From positions 2,328-66,327 of the IMG/VR virus record IMGVR_UViG_3300007512_000031: a stretch of DNA of 64,000 bases; one strand, 5' to 3'. A model generated the notes under the pieces. It saw only the letters and a program-made list of their open reading frames with translations, searched no databases and had not been told where the DNA came from. Within the stretch, counting starts at the first letter, position 1; the number at the start of each line of letters is the position of its first letter. The position numbers and the translations under genes were made by a program. Shown here piece after piece: positions 1-8,735 of the stretch. Source of the DNA: a virus.

Positions 1-868
1 TTGCAACCCCACAATCATAAAGTTTATCCATAAACCTATCAAACGAATATGGGTGTTCTTTGTGTTCTACCAACAGTTTCACATATGCGCCGTTGAGATA
101 TTGATAATCAAAGTTGTCTATGTCAACTATACCATTTTTATCATTATATGATAATGAGTAAAACATCTTGTATGGATTCTCTACAAATTCCACTTCTCTT
201 GTGTCGGTGTCTAAAATATGGAAACCCTTAGTTTCATATAAGTCAGAAAAATTTATATCATATTGTGTTCCCATATAGTAGATGTTGTCTTTTTCTTGAC
301 GACAATGGAAGTGACCAGATAATACCTGCTCATATCTTGCAAATATATCAGGGTTCATTCCACCATCATATTTAACACCTCGCATAACATCATATCCTTG
401 CAGTTCAAGATGTCCTACAAGAATTGGTGCGGGTGCTGTTTTAATGAAGTCAATTGATTGGTCATAGTTTTCTTTACACACCCACGGAAGCAATGCAATA
501 TCCAAACCATCGAAGTTTACCACTTGGGGTTCTTCATATATGGTTAGGTCATTAGTAAACAACTCACGAACCGAATTGACTTCATTGGTGTTTCTAAAAT
601 AAACATCGTGATTTCCGAGAATACAATGCATCTCGATTCCTTCATCACGAAGTCTATCCATAAACCGTGTTCGTATTTGACTAAGAATATTGAAGTTGAC
701 AAACTTACGCCTGTCCATCAAGTCCCCTGCGTGTATTACTGTCTTTATATCGTTCTCTTTGAGATATGGAAAAAACACATCATCAAAGAACTTCATAAAG
801 TAGTCAAAAAATAATTGTGAATCACCTCTCGCCGAGAAGTGAGTATCATTTATCAGTGCTATCTTCAC
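1..868 (-). CDS. gp47: gp47-like recombination endonuclease subunit (Mre11/SbcD family), 3'-truncated by window edge
   Basis: Absent from the ORF track; translated by hand from GTG at 868 (alternative ATG at 877): MKIALINDTHFSARGDS...HAGDLMDRRK...ILGNHDVYF...GHLEL...SGHFH. These are metallophosphoesterase motifs, and the gene follows gp55 as in T4-like phages. Confidence 0.9.
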   Translation of the reverse strand, partial: MKIALINDTHFSARGDSQLFFDYFMKFFDDVFFPYLKENDIKTVIHAGDLMDRRKFVNFNILSQIRTRFMDRLRDEGIEMHCILGNHDVYFRNTNEVNSVRELFTNDLTIYEEPQVVNFDGLDIALLPWVCKENYDQSIDFIKTAPAPILVGHLELQGYDVMRGVKYDGGMNPDIFARYEQVLSGHFHCRQEKDNIYYMGTQYDINFSDLYETKGFHILDTDTREVEFVENPYKMFYSLSYNDKNGIVDIDNFDYQYLNGAYVKLLVEHKEHPYSFDRFMDKLYDCGVA

Positions 869-1472
869 TTGGTTCATCCTGTAATATTGAATCTAAATTT
901 CCACTTGCTTTCTTTTTTGCAGTTTTCTTTTTTCTTTTCTTCTTTGGCTCAAATTTCTTAATATCATTCTCGTTAAGTTTAAAATACTCCGCAACTGGAT
1001 TTGAAAAGTTTTCAAAATCGGAACTAATATTATGTTTAACATTTTCTGATATTATACCAGTTTCATCCATTAATTCAAAACATTTGTATTTAATGTATGA
1101 TTGTTTTTTCTCTTTTTGAATCCTTCGAAGAAATGCATAATATATTATTTGTGTAAAGTATGAAAACGGATTAGTAGATTTTTCTGGGTCAAAATTACTA
1201 CAATACATTAGGCAATTTTCTATACCATCACCTACCATTTCTTCTCGAAAGGGATAATTAATAAAATTAGGTCGATATGATAAATGCTCTGCAATCTTTA
1301 AAAAACATTCGCCAATATAATCTGTAACTGGTGGTTTAGGTTCACCAACATCTTCAGCATCAATAATCATCTTTTTCCATTTCTTCATTTCTTCAAAGAA
1401 AAGTTTATTATCAACATAATGATTAGATTTCTTTACTTTTTTGTGTTGGGGTGGGTCTTCTAACTCATCCAT
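846..1472 (-). CDS. gp55: Late-transcription sigma factor gp55
   Basis: HYVDNK, YIGECFLKIAEHLSYRPNFINY, DGIENCLMY, NFDPEKSTNPFSYFTQIIYYAFLRRIQKEKKQ are hallmark gp55 motifs. Confidence 0.95.
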   Translation of the reverse strand: MDELEDPPQHKKVKKSNHYVDNKLFFEEMKKWKKMIIDAEDVGEPKPPVTDYIGECFLKIAEHLSYRPNFINYPFREEMVGDGIENCLMYCSNFDPEKSTNPFSYFTQIIYYAFLRRIQKEKKQSYIKYKCFELMDETGIISENVKHNISSDFENFSNPVAEYFKLNENDIKKFEPKKKRKKKTAKKKASGNLDSILQDEPSEDSTDK

Positions 1473-1498
1473 AATGTATCCTTTATGTTTATATGCAT

Positions 1499-1527
1499 AT
1501 TTTATAAATATTTTAATATTTTGTCAA
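1499..1527 (-). promoter_or_regulatory. Sigma70-type promoter upstream of gp55
   Basis: TTGACA (1527-1522), 17-nt spacer, TAAAAT (1504-1499) on the minus strand, just upstream of the gp55 start. Confidence 0.65.
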
Positions 1528-1601
1528 GTTTTTTATTGACATTTTTAAAAATCGAGTGTAGACTCTACTTGTCCCAGGAAAAGAGGAAATATATGATCAT
1601 A

Positions 1602-2129
1602 TTAAGATCCAAACATATCTTTATCAGTATCTTGTCCTTCATAATAAGTAGTATTATCTTCTTCAAAATAGCATTCTTCATCATCTTCAGTATCATCTTC
1701 TGGCGATGGTGGAATAACTTCTTTGGATTTAATAATATCGTCTAATATTCTTTGAATATCTTCGGGTCCAATATTAAATTCATAAGTATTTTCTTTTAAA
1801 TCTTCATCGTTATAAAGAAAATCTGGTTCATCTTCTTTTTTCTTTTCTTCTTCATAACATTTAATCACTGATTCTTTAGGAGAAGATATTGAAATAATAT
1901 GATTTTTAATAATAATAGATTTTATTTCATCGGTCATGCTTAACCAATTTCTCATCAATAAAACTTCAGTTTGAAATAACACATTTTCATCAGTATCAGA
2001 TATTGTTACAATTTTCATTTGATAAGGTCTATAGATGGACAATGACTTTGAAGTATTTTCGATTACTTCTCCAATAATATCATCACCATTTACAAGTTTT
2101 AAGATTCGGTATGATGTTTTATTATTCAT
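1602..2129 (-). CDS. Conserved T4-like hypothetical protein (Sm-like beta fold N-terminus, acidic tail)
   Basis: ILKLVNGDDIIGEV N-terminus is typical of the gene between uvsW and gp55. TATAAATA lies at 2146-2153 upstream. Confidence 0.7.
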   Translation of the reverse strand: MNNKTSYRILKLVNGDDIIGEVIENTSKSLSIYRPYQMKIVTISDTDENVLFQTEVLLMRNWLSMTDEIKSIIIKNHIISISSPKESVIKCYEEEKKKEDEPDFLYNDEDLKENTYEFNIGPEDIQRILDDIIKSKEVIPPSPEDDTEDDEECYFEEDNTTYYEGQDTDKDMFGS

Positions 2130-4063
2130 TATGTTTCCCTGTCTATATTTATAATAATCGTTTTATAGTTGAACTGTTCGGACTGATATATTTTAATTCT
2201 TTCTTCAAAGTGTTTTAAAGTATGGTTTTTATATGATTTCCAGTGTAAATCATCTGCAATATCATATAATTTTGCCGTAGATTTGTGTTTAGATTTCCTG
2301 AGTTGTCTGCCAATGCTTTGTAAAACTCTGATTCTGCTTTTTGAAGGAGAAGCAAAAACGATATTATGTAGTTTTCTAATAGAAATTCCTGTACTAAAAG
2401 TGCCATAGGATGCTACTATAATGGCATCGTTTTCTTGTTCAGTAATTTTTCTGATTTCTTCTCTGACTTCTACATCTGTCCCTCCATGTACAAAAAATAC
2501 TTTTCTACCTTTGCAAGCAGTTTTCATCATTTTATGAAGTTCCTTGCCGTGTTTTTCAACAAACTGAAAAAGTACTAGAGTATTACCAGTTATTCTATTG
2601 CAAAGTTCTACAATAAACTTATTTCTTTTTTCGTTTATTACCAACCAGTCGATTTCATCTTGATATTTTAATCTTTTGACATTGGTTCTTATTTTCTCTG
2701 GATATTTGAGTAAAATGCAGTCTATTGTTAATTTAGACAGCAAATCATCGTCCATAAGAGATTTTGTGGTGGTAATTTGATTTGCCCTACCAAACAACCC
2801 CTCGATTACTAATTTGTGGGTAATGGACCCGTCCAGCGTCCCTGTAGTCCCTATACGGAAGGGACAATCGGTTAGTTTGCTCATAATAGTTGTCAATGAC
2901 TTAGATTTAAATAAATGACAGTTTGATACATTAAAACTATTGGCAACATAGTTATGATTATCTTTGATGTGTAAATTATACACATCACCTTTATATTCTA
3001 TTTCTTCTATTTCTGAAATTTTTATGCCTTTTTGAGCCATTTTGTGTATAATATCTCCTTCTTTAAGTTCATCGGTTCTAACCCAAATACCATTATCCAA
3101 TAAAACCTTATGGTTGCCCGTTATAATAATTTCCTCACTGTTGTCACCTATAATCTTGAACATCTTTTCATTTTTTGATATGTTCTTATGAACTTTTATA
3201 ACTGGTTTATTTTCAAATTCTTGAGTATTTTCGTTGAATGTTTTTACCATATCGCCGATTTGTATATCTTTTATCTTTTTGGTAGTATCATCAGACATGG
3301 TTATTTTGGTATTTGGATGTAAACATTCATCTCCAAATACAGCACCATAATTGTCAAAGTATTTGTTACCCATTCTATAAATACTTTGCCAAGTAGATAT
3401 TATTATTCTCTTATCAGATATTTTATCTCTACCAGCAAAAACACAATGGCAATTATCTTCTGCTTTCCATGTAGTATGTGATGAATATTCACGGAAATCT
3501 GACATCATTTGTTGTACAAGAGAAGTGGTTGGAACGATAATTAGAATTTTCTTATCTTTAGGTAATTTATCTAAGTAATATCGTATCAGAGCATATATGA
3601 TTAAACTTTTACCAGAGCCAGTTGGAGATAATAACAAACATCTATCGTTATTGATTGCATATTGAACTGCGTTTACTTGATGTTCGTGTGCTGTAATTTT
3701 CTCACCAGCCGCATAGGGATTTAAAAATTCGTCAATGAAACTTCTAACATCTTCTTTTTTGATATTACTGGATGTTTTAATTGGTTCTGGTTCATGAACT
3801 GTATATGAACGGTCTTTAGCAAATTTGATAACATAATCATATAATCCTTTATATATTTGTTGACTATACAAATTATACAGTTTAATCTGACCATCCCATA
3901 TTTTATTTCTATATGCAGGCATATATTGATGACCAGGCACTTTAAATGTAAAGAAGTCTGATAATTCTTTTGCAATTCCTCTTTCGCAAGCAACTTTTAT
4001 GTTGACGGAATCGATATCAGTAATAATAAGGTCACTCATTTCATCATTATTTATATGACTCAT
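2129..4063 (-). CDS. uvsW: UvsW SF2 DNA helicase containing a mini-intein
   Basis: WDGQIKLYN, Walker A SPTGSGKS, VPTTSLV, DE[intein]CH, GTTGT, ASYGTFSTGISI, QSIGRQLR. Confidence 0.95.
   Translation of the reverse strand: MSHINNDEMSDLIITDIDSVNIKVACERGIAKELSDFFTFKVPGHQYMPAYRNKIWDGQIKLYNLYSQQIYKGLYDYVIKFAKDRSYTVHEPEPIKTSSNIKKEDVRSFIDEFLNPYAAGEKITAHEHQVNAVQYAINNDRCLLLSPTGSGKSLIIYALIRYYLDKLPKDKKILIIVPTTSLVQQMMSDFREYSSHTTWKAEDNCHCVFAGRDKISDKRIIISTWQSIYRMGNKYFDNYGAVFGDECLHPNTKITMSDDTTKKIKDIQIGDMVKTFNENTQEFENKPVIKVHKNISKNEKMFKIIGDNSEEIIITGNHKVLLDNGIWVRTDELKEGDIIHKMAQKGIKISEIEEIEYKGDVYNLHIKDNHNYVANSFNVSNCHLFKSKSLTTIMSKLTDCPFRIGTTGTLDGSITHKLVIEGLFGRANQITTTKSLMDDDLLSKLTIDCILLKYPEKIRTNVKRLKYQDEIDWLVINEKRNKFIVELCNRITGNTLVLFQFVEKHGKELHKMMKTACKGRKVFFVHGGTDVEVREEIRKITEQENDAIIVASYGTFSTGISIRKLHNIVFASPSKSRIRVLQSIGRQLRKSKHKSTAKLYDIADDLHWKSYKNHTLKHFEERIKIYQSEQFNYKTIIINIDRET
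2921..3325 (-). mobile_element. Mini-intein (135 aa, no homing endonuclease) in the UvsW DExH motif
   Basis: Starts CLHPNTKITMSD (block A), has TGNH (block B) and VYNLHIKDNHNYVANSFNVSN (blocks F/G), and is followed by Cys+1. Removing it restores GDECHLFKSKSL. Confidence 0.92.
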
Positions 4064-4563
4064 GGTTCAAATATTTTTTGATTGACTCGAATAGAAATTT
4101 TACTTCCTATTTTCCCACTCCATAATTCACATCTAACTCCCGCTTCTTTTAAGAGTGAAATGCCTTGTTCTACGGTTTCTTTCCATCTGTCATTGACACG
4201 CTCAAACATTTCTTTGTGTCCCACCACACCTACTATGCCAGATTCTATAATTGCTCTTGCACAATCTATGCAAGAAAACCAAGGACAATACATTATCATA
4301 CCAGAAGTATTAATTCCTCTGGATACACATTTGTATATTACATTTCTTTCAGCATGTTCAACATATATGCTTTTGTTTGGATATTCCCATTTATCTTCGG
4401 TGTCTTTTATTTTTTCTGGTATACCGTTTACACCCCAAGCAATTACACCAACGGTAGGTTTTACTAATACTGCACCCAGTTGTGTAGATGGATCTTTACT
4501 GCATGACATAGCATATTGATATGCATGTCTAAGATAGACACGATTCATTGCATCATTGTCCAT
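4060..4563 (-). CDS. dCMP deaminase (cytidine/deoxycytidylate deaminase family)
   Basis: SKDPSTQLGAVLV, HAE zinc motif, CPWFSCIDCARAIIESGI. Confidence 0.88.
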   Translation of the reverse strand: MDNDAMNRVYLRHAYQYAMSCSKDPSTQLGAVLVKPTVGVIAWGVNGIPEKIKDTEDKWEYPNKSIYVEHAERNVIYKCVSRGINTSGMIMYCPWFSCIDCARAIIESGIVGVVGHKEMFERVNDRWKETVEQGISLLKEAGVRCELWSGKIGSKISIRVNQKIFEP

Positions 4564-4987
4564 TGATAAATTTCTTCCATTCTATGGCATTTCTGATGTT
4601 CCACTGCCGATTGTTGATGGATTTTAAAATAGCGTCAAGATAATTTAATTTTTCTTTTTGATATACTTTTCTGTTTGCAAGTTTTTGTAATTCTTCGTCA
4701 GAATCCATGTATAAATCTATATCTTGCTTTAGGATTTTTAATGGAAATGGCTCCCACCCATATTCTTTCAACTGTTCTTGGTCTAATTTTCCTGTATAAT
4801 ATTCCCACTTGGTTTTTTTGAGAATGTTATATTCACTGGTAAGTTTTTGCATGACCAGTTTTTCATCCAAATATATGTTTAAATATTTGTTATGAAGTTG
4901 AGGAATATTTATTGATGCAACATCCAATTCGGTGTCGTCAATAGGCATATCTTCTGCCACTAATTTTCTAATTTCACTAAGTTCCAT
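4553..4987 (-). CDS. uvsY: UvsY recombination mediator
   Basis: IPQLHNKYL, KWEYYTGK, RQWNIRNAIEWKKF; position upstream of uvsW. Confidence 0.92.
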   Translation of the reverse strand: MELSEIRKLVAEDMPIDDTELDVASINIPQLHNKYLNIYLDEKLVMQKLTSEYNILKKTKWEYYTGKLDQEQLKEYGWEPFPLKILKQDIDLYMDSDEELQKLANRKVYQKEKLNYLDAILKSINNRQWNIRNAIEWKKFINGQ

Positions 4988-4993
4988 AAAACA

Positions 4994-5021
4994 ATTATAT
5001 CACATATATTATGAAAGTCAA
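4994..5021 (-). promoter_or_regulatory. Sigma70-type promoter for the uvsY-deaminase-uvsW operon
   Basis: TTGACT (5021-5016), 16-nt spacer, TATAAT (4999-4994) with extended -10 TG. Confidence 0.65.
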
Positions 5022-5551
5022 GTTCTAGTTATGTTCAAAATTTTGTCAATCTGCCTTTGTATTACTTCTGTTCTGTTAGGCCAAAGAATATATTCTTTGT
5101 TTGGATTTTTAAGAAGATTATAAAGAAGTGGCAATATTAATTTTTCAATATCATCCATTTTTATTTTATATTCTTCTTCAAGTTGACCTTTTCGTTCTTC
5201 CACTTCATCTATAATGGCTCTTAAATCATCTCCCTGTGCAGAAAACATTTGTGCCAATTCATCAGTTTCTAAAGACATTATTTTGTCTATCTTCTCTTCA
5301 ATTCTAATTAAATCATCGTTTGGTAATGAGAAGTCTTCAGGTGTAGAGTTGTCTAAGGCAACTATCACGGAATTTATTTTAGTTTCAAGTTCATCAATTT
5401 TATCAACAAGTTCCGAAGAAACTTCATTAACAATTTCAGTTGTAGTTTGCGATTCTACAATTTCTGTGCCTGATTCTAATTCTTCGGCATCTACAGCAGT
5501 AAACCCAAAATCAAAATCTGAGTCTAGATATTCGTCTGGTATATCGGACAT
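5018..5551 (-). CDS. Conserved T4-like hypothetical protein with long coiled-coil centre
   Basis: N-terminal DFDFGFTAVD and C-terminal LILPLLYNLLKNPNKEYILWPNR match a small protein I recognise from near gp3/uvsY in marine T4-like phages. Confidence 0.7.
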   Translation of the reverse strand: MSDIPDEYLDSDFDFGFTAVDAEELESGTEIVESQTTTEIVNEVSSELVDKIDELETKINSVIVALDNSTPEDFSLPNDDLIRIEEKIDKIMSLETDELAQMFSAQGDDLRAIIDEVEERKGQLEEEYKIKMDDIEKLILPLLYNLLKNPNKEYILWPNRTEVIQRQIDKILNITRT

Positions 5552-5553
5552 TG

Positions 5554-6003
5554 TTAAAATCCTAATAATTTGTTTTGGTTTGGTTCAAAGAATGGTGACT
5601 GCAATCTGCTAGAAAAATCAAATCTTGGGTCAGTTCTTCTTGTGCCAAATCCGTAAAAGACATCAGTTTCTTCTGGCTCATCTTCTGGAACATCAAGATT
5701 TATATTCATTCCTATATCCATTGGTAGAGGTTGTCCAAGACCAGTATTCATGTCTAAATTAAAATCTGGTGCTTGTAATGGAACTTTTGCATCTGCTTGG
5801 TTTAAAACATCTTGCACAAGCCTACGCATTTCTTTATTTCTCATTGTATCCAACCAAGTAGGATTTTGGTTGTTTGCCATACGATTAATTTTTTCTTCTG
5901 CTGCTCTAAGCATTTGTTCTAACTCTTCATAATTATCTTGCTCTGATAAATAAATCGATTCGTTTGCTTCTTTTAATACTTGATTAATTGTTTTTGGTAT
6001 CAT
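5554..6003 (-). CDS. Hypothetical protein, candidate internal head protein
   Basis: Coupled to gp3 by an ATGA overlap. Leader MIPKTINQVLKEANESIYLSEQ has L-x-E sites. Confidence 0.6.
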   Translation of the reverse strand: MIPKTINQVLKEANESIYLSEQDNYEELEQMLRAAEEKINRMANNQNPTWLDTMRNKEMRRLVQDVLNQADAKVPLQAPDFNLDMNTGLGQPLPMDIGMNINLDVPEDEPEETDVFYGFGTRRTDPRFDFSSRLQSPFFEPNQNKLLGF

Positions 6004-6536
6004 ACTTTTTCTACCTCATATGAATCAAATTGCAATGTCATTGATGCTGATTGTGATTCGGTTTCAGATGGTGTTGTGGAGAATTGTAAACCTGTTAAAT
6101 TTGTAGGAAAACAATTCTTAAATTTTACTCGAACATTTTCTCTCATATTGCTATTTAGTATTGTTAGTGTTGCATCAGAATAGTGATCTTCTGGATTTAG
6201 AAAATTCACATTATTTTCTATGTTTATAATACTTTTGAGCCAATCAAAACATTCTCTCCAGTTTGCTAAATTTTCATCAACAATGAAAGAAATGGTCAAA
6301 TCTTCGAAATTGAGTTTAGTTGCAGGATGTTTTACATCAATAAATCTTGTTGGTTGTCGAATTTCACCCGCATTAACGCCAGGGAGATTTACTTCTTGAC
6401 AGAAATATTGAACATTAGGAAGTCTAAGGATATTGAAATAGAATCCTGTGTTTAAAACATAATTCGTATTAGACGGTTGCCTTGTAGTGATGTCTGTGGA
6501 AAGTGTGGGACTTAATCCAGGAAGTTCATCTGTCAT
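6000..6536 (-). CDS. gp3: Tail tube terminator / tail completion protein gp3
   Basis: LPNVQYFCQEVNLPG, FIVDENLANW, YSDATLTILNS, FKNCFPTNL; late promoter upstream. Confidence 0.9.
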   Translation of the reverse strand: MTDELPGLSPTLSTDITTRQPSNTNYVLNTGFYFNILRLPNVQYFCQEVNLPGVNAGEIRQPTRFIDVKHPATKLNFEDLTISFIVDENLANWRECFDWLKSIINIENNVNFLNPEDHYSDATLTILNSNMRENVRVKFKNCFPTNLTGLQFSTTPSETESQSASMTLQFDSYEVEKV

Positions 6537-6552
6537 ATTTATTCTCCACTAG

Positions 6553-6560
6553 TATTTATA
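6553..6560 (-). promoter_or_regulatory. T4-type late promoter TATAAATA (gp3)
   Basis: Exact TATAAATA on the minus strand upstream of the GGAGA RBS and gp3 start. Confidence 0.8.
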
Positions 6561-6581
6561 AAAAAACTCCCCGCGGGGAGT
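6560..6581 (-). terminator. Rho-independent terminator
   Basis: ACTCCC-cgcg-GGGAGT hairpin followed by a U-tract on the minus strand. Confidence 0.7.
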
Positions 6582-6691
6582 ATTATTGTCGTTATAATTC
6601 CATTTCCTAATTACTTATAAGACAGTAAGACCTAGACCATGTATCTTGAATGGGGTCTCTATTTTTGATTCATTTACAATCGTTGAATTGA

Positions 6692-7102
6692 TTAGGTTGC
6701 TATTCCGCCATATGTACCATCACTTGATGATGCGAATTGTCCCCTTGGGGCTTTTATTCGATGAGCATTCCCTACTCCGCCAGGACCACCATCGCCACCA
6801 TAAGCGGCCCATGCACCATTTATAAACACATAATCATGCCAGTGGTAATAACCGTTTGAATCCCAGTATCCGCCATCTGGATAACCTGCGCGTTCAAAGA
6901 AATCGCCCGCGGCCCCTCCCGGAGGCGGAGGCGATGGTTGCTCATTCAGTTGTTGTCGGCGTTCATTCAATGCTCTATAGTAACCGGCACTGTATGCTTG
7001 TTGTAGTTGTTCATTTAAATTCATTTGTTGCGACTCCTCGTCTAGAATTTCAGGTGGACCATATTGTTGGGCCCAATTTGTGAATATTTCTTTGTCAAAC
7101 AT
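6692..7102 (-). CDS. Hypothetical protein, candidate leader-bearing internal head protein (Gly/Tyr/Trp-rich cargo)
   Basis: Has its own TATAAATA promoter (7136-7143) and AGGAG RBS. Leader contains FTNWAQQYGPPE and LQQAYSAGYYRALNE, both shared with other ORFs in this window. Confidence 0.7.
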   Translation of the reverse strand: MFDKEIFTNWAQQYGPPEILDEESQQMNLNEQLQQAYSAGYYRALNERRQQLNEQPSPPPPGGAAGDFFERAGYPDGGYWDSNGYYHWHDYVFINGAWAAYGGDGGPGGVGNAHRIKAPRGQFASSSDGTYGGIAT

Positions 7103-7158
7103 AATTAACTCCTTTAAGGATTTGTTCTTTGTTTATATTTATAAAATTACACATTTCC

Positions 7159-7190
7159 AAAAAAACAGGAGAGGAATAAATCCTCTCCTG
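7159..7190 (-). terminator. Rho-independent terminator after gp23
   Basis: 10-bp stem CAGGAGAGGA/TCCTCTCCTG with a 5-nt loop and a U7 tract on the minus strand. Confidence 0.9.
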
Positions 7191-7231
7191 CTTCAATCAT
7201 TATTATGATTAGTACCGTATAATCAGTTAGA

Positions 7232-8662
7232 TTATGGGTAAGCAGTTCCTGCGGCGACTGCACCACCATGAAGTCCGTCTACTCTAAAGATTCTAAAGTA
7301 TTGGTTCTGGCGAATAGCAGCAGTTGCAGTTGGTTCAAGGTCAGCAACAGTGTTGTTGGGGTCACAGAATGGGTTCATTACCATTCCATAACGAGTTTTG
7401 AACCCGATTCGTGGTTGGAAGTCATTTTCACCAACAGCACGAACCATTTGTAGTGGAACATATGGGCAGTAGAATAAACCTGCATCATATGGTGAACTAC
7501 CTCGATATCCAACACAACAATAGTTTGTACTGGTTGAATATGGGTCAATGTATACTTTCAACTTACCGTTGAGTGTACCAACAAAGGTGTTACCAGTGTC
7601 ATCAACATCAAGGTCAGTTGCTTTTGCAGGAGAGATTTGTAAGAAACCACTCATTGCAAGTGCAGAAGCAACATCTGATGTACAGATGACGAAGTTACCT
7701 TTACCTCTACGAGTATCTTTAGCAATCTTGTTGCATTCTCGTTCGAGTTGGAACATCAAACCACGGAATCGTTCAGCACTCCATCGTCCATCACTGTCTC
7801 GGTCAAGGTCATAGATACCACCAAGTCCAGAACCAGTGAAACCACCAGAAAGACCGGTGTTACCTGCTACTGAGTAGTAAAGGTCACTTTGCTGAGCACC
7901 AAGTTTAGCAATTCGGTAGATTGTGCGGATAACTTCTCGGTTAATTTCAGCAAGAATTTCTGTACTGAGAATATTTGCGAGTTCAGTTTCAGCATCCAAA
8001 CCGTGAACTGCTTTAAGGTCTTGAGCGAGTTCTGTGGTATATTCTGCTTTCAATGCACGGGTTTGAGCAACAACGGATGTTCGTTCGATACTGAATGCCA
8101 TTTCTTGGAATTGAGTACCTGAAGCAGCACCGAGAGTTTCGGCAGTACTTGTTGCCATAGCACCAGAAACACCAGCACCGTTCCAACCAGAACCAGAAGC
8201 ACCTTGAGCACCAGTACCTAATGGGTCACCGAGGTTACTCGAATTGTCTGGGTTAATGTTGGTTGAACCAGCAGCAGCCTCTGTTGCGGCTTCATAGAAT
8301 AATGCTTCGTTGCCAGTATTACCATGATATCGGGCTCGCATCGCAAAGATAAGTCCAGTAGGACCTGTCATTGGTTGCACACCACAAACATCATATGCCA
8401 TTAAGTTTGGCATTGCGCGTCGTACTAGTGAGATAAGTACAGGGTCAAAACCCTTTACAGCACCCTCACTACCAACTACAGGTGACATACCACCACCTAC
8501 GATATTTTGTGCTTGTTCTTGTAAAGCCTTTTCTTGATTCTCTAAAAGAATGGCTGTAACATTCTTTCGATAAGAATCTCTGATTGTGGGAAGTGAAGGA
8601 TGCTCAATAATTGGCTTCCACTTCTCACTTAGAAATTGGCTTGCTGTTTCGATGTTTTGCAT
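7232..8662 (-). CDS. gp23: Major capsid protein gp23
   Basis: FDPVLISLVRRAMPNLMAYDVCGVQPMTGPTGLIFAMR, RALKAEYTTELAQDLKAVHGLDAETELANILS, FQPRIGFKTRYG. Confidence 0.98.
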   Translation of the reverse strand: MQNIETASQFLSEKWKPIIEHPSLPTIRDSYRKNVTAILLENQEKALQEQAQNIVGGGMSPVVGSEGAVKGFDPVLISLVRRAMPNLMAYDVCGVQPMTGPTGLIFAMRARYHGNTGNEALFYEAATEAAAGSTNINPDNSSNLGDPLGTGAQGASGSGWNGAGVSGAMATSTAETLGAASGTQFQEMAFSIERTSVVAQTRALKAEYTTELAQDLKAVHGLDAETELANILSTEILAEINREVIRTIYRIAKLGAQQSDLYYSVAGNTGLSGGFTGSGLGGIYDLDRDSDGRWSAERFRGLMFQLERECNKIAKDTRRGKGNFVICTSDVASALAMSGFLQISPAKATDLDVDDTGNTFVGTLNGKLKVYIDPYSTSTNYCCVGYRGSSPYDAGLFYCPYVPLQMVRAVGENDFQPRIGFKTRYGMVMNPFCDPNNTVADLEPTATAAIRQNQYFRIFRVDGLHGGAVAAGTAYP

Positions 8663-8735
8663 CTTTTGCTCTCCTTGATTCCTTTGTTAGACCTCTATAG
8701 GTTTCCTTTTATATAGTAAATTGAATATTTTGGGG

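Noticed and set aside
608-1119. Plus-strand ORFs 608-814 and 817-1119, and the many other short ORFs opposite long genes
   Set aside because: They are antisense shadows of well-supported genes (here gp47 and gp55), with no RBS or recognisable motifs.
6582-6691. Intergenic stretch with short TAAGAC/TAGAC repeats as a possible ncRNA
   Set aside because: No convincing stable structure or recognisable RNA family; the repeats are too short to exceed chance.
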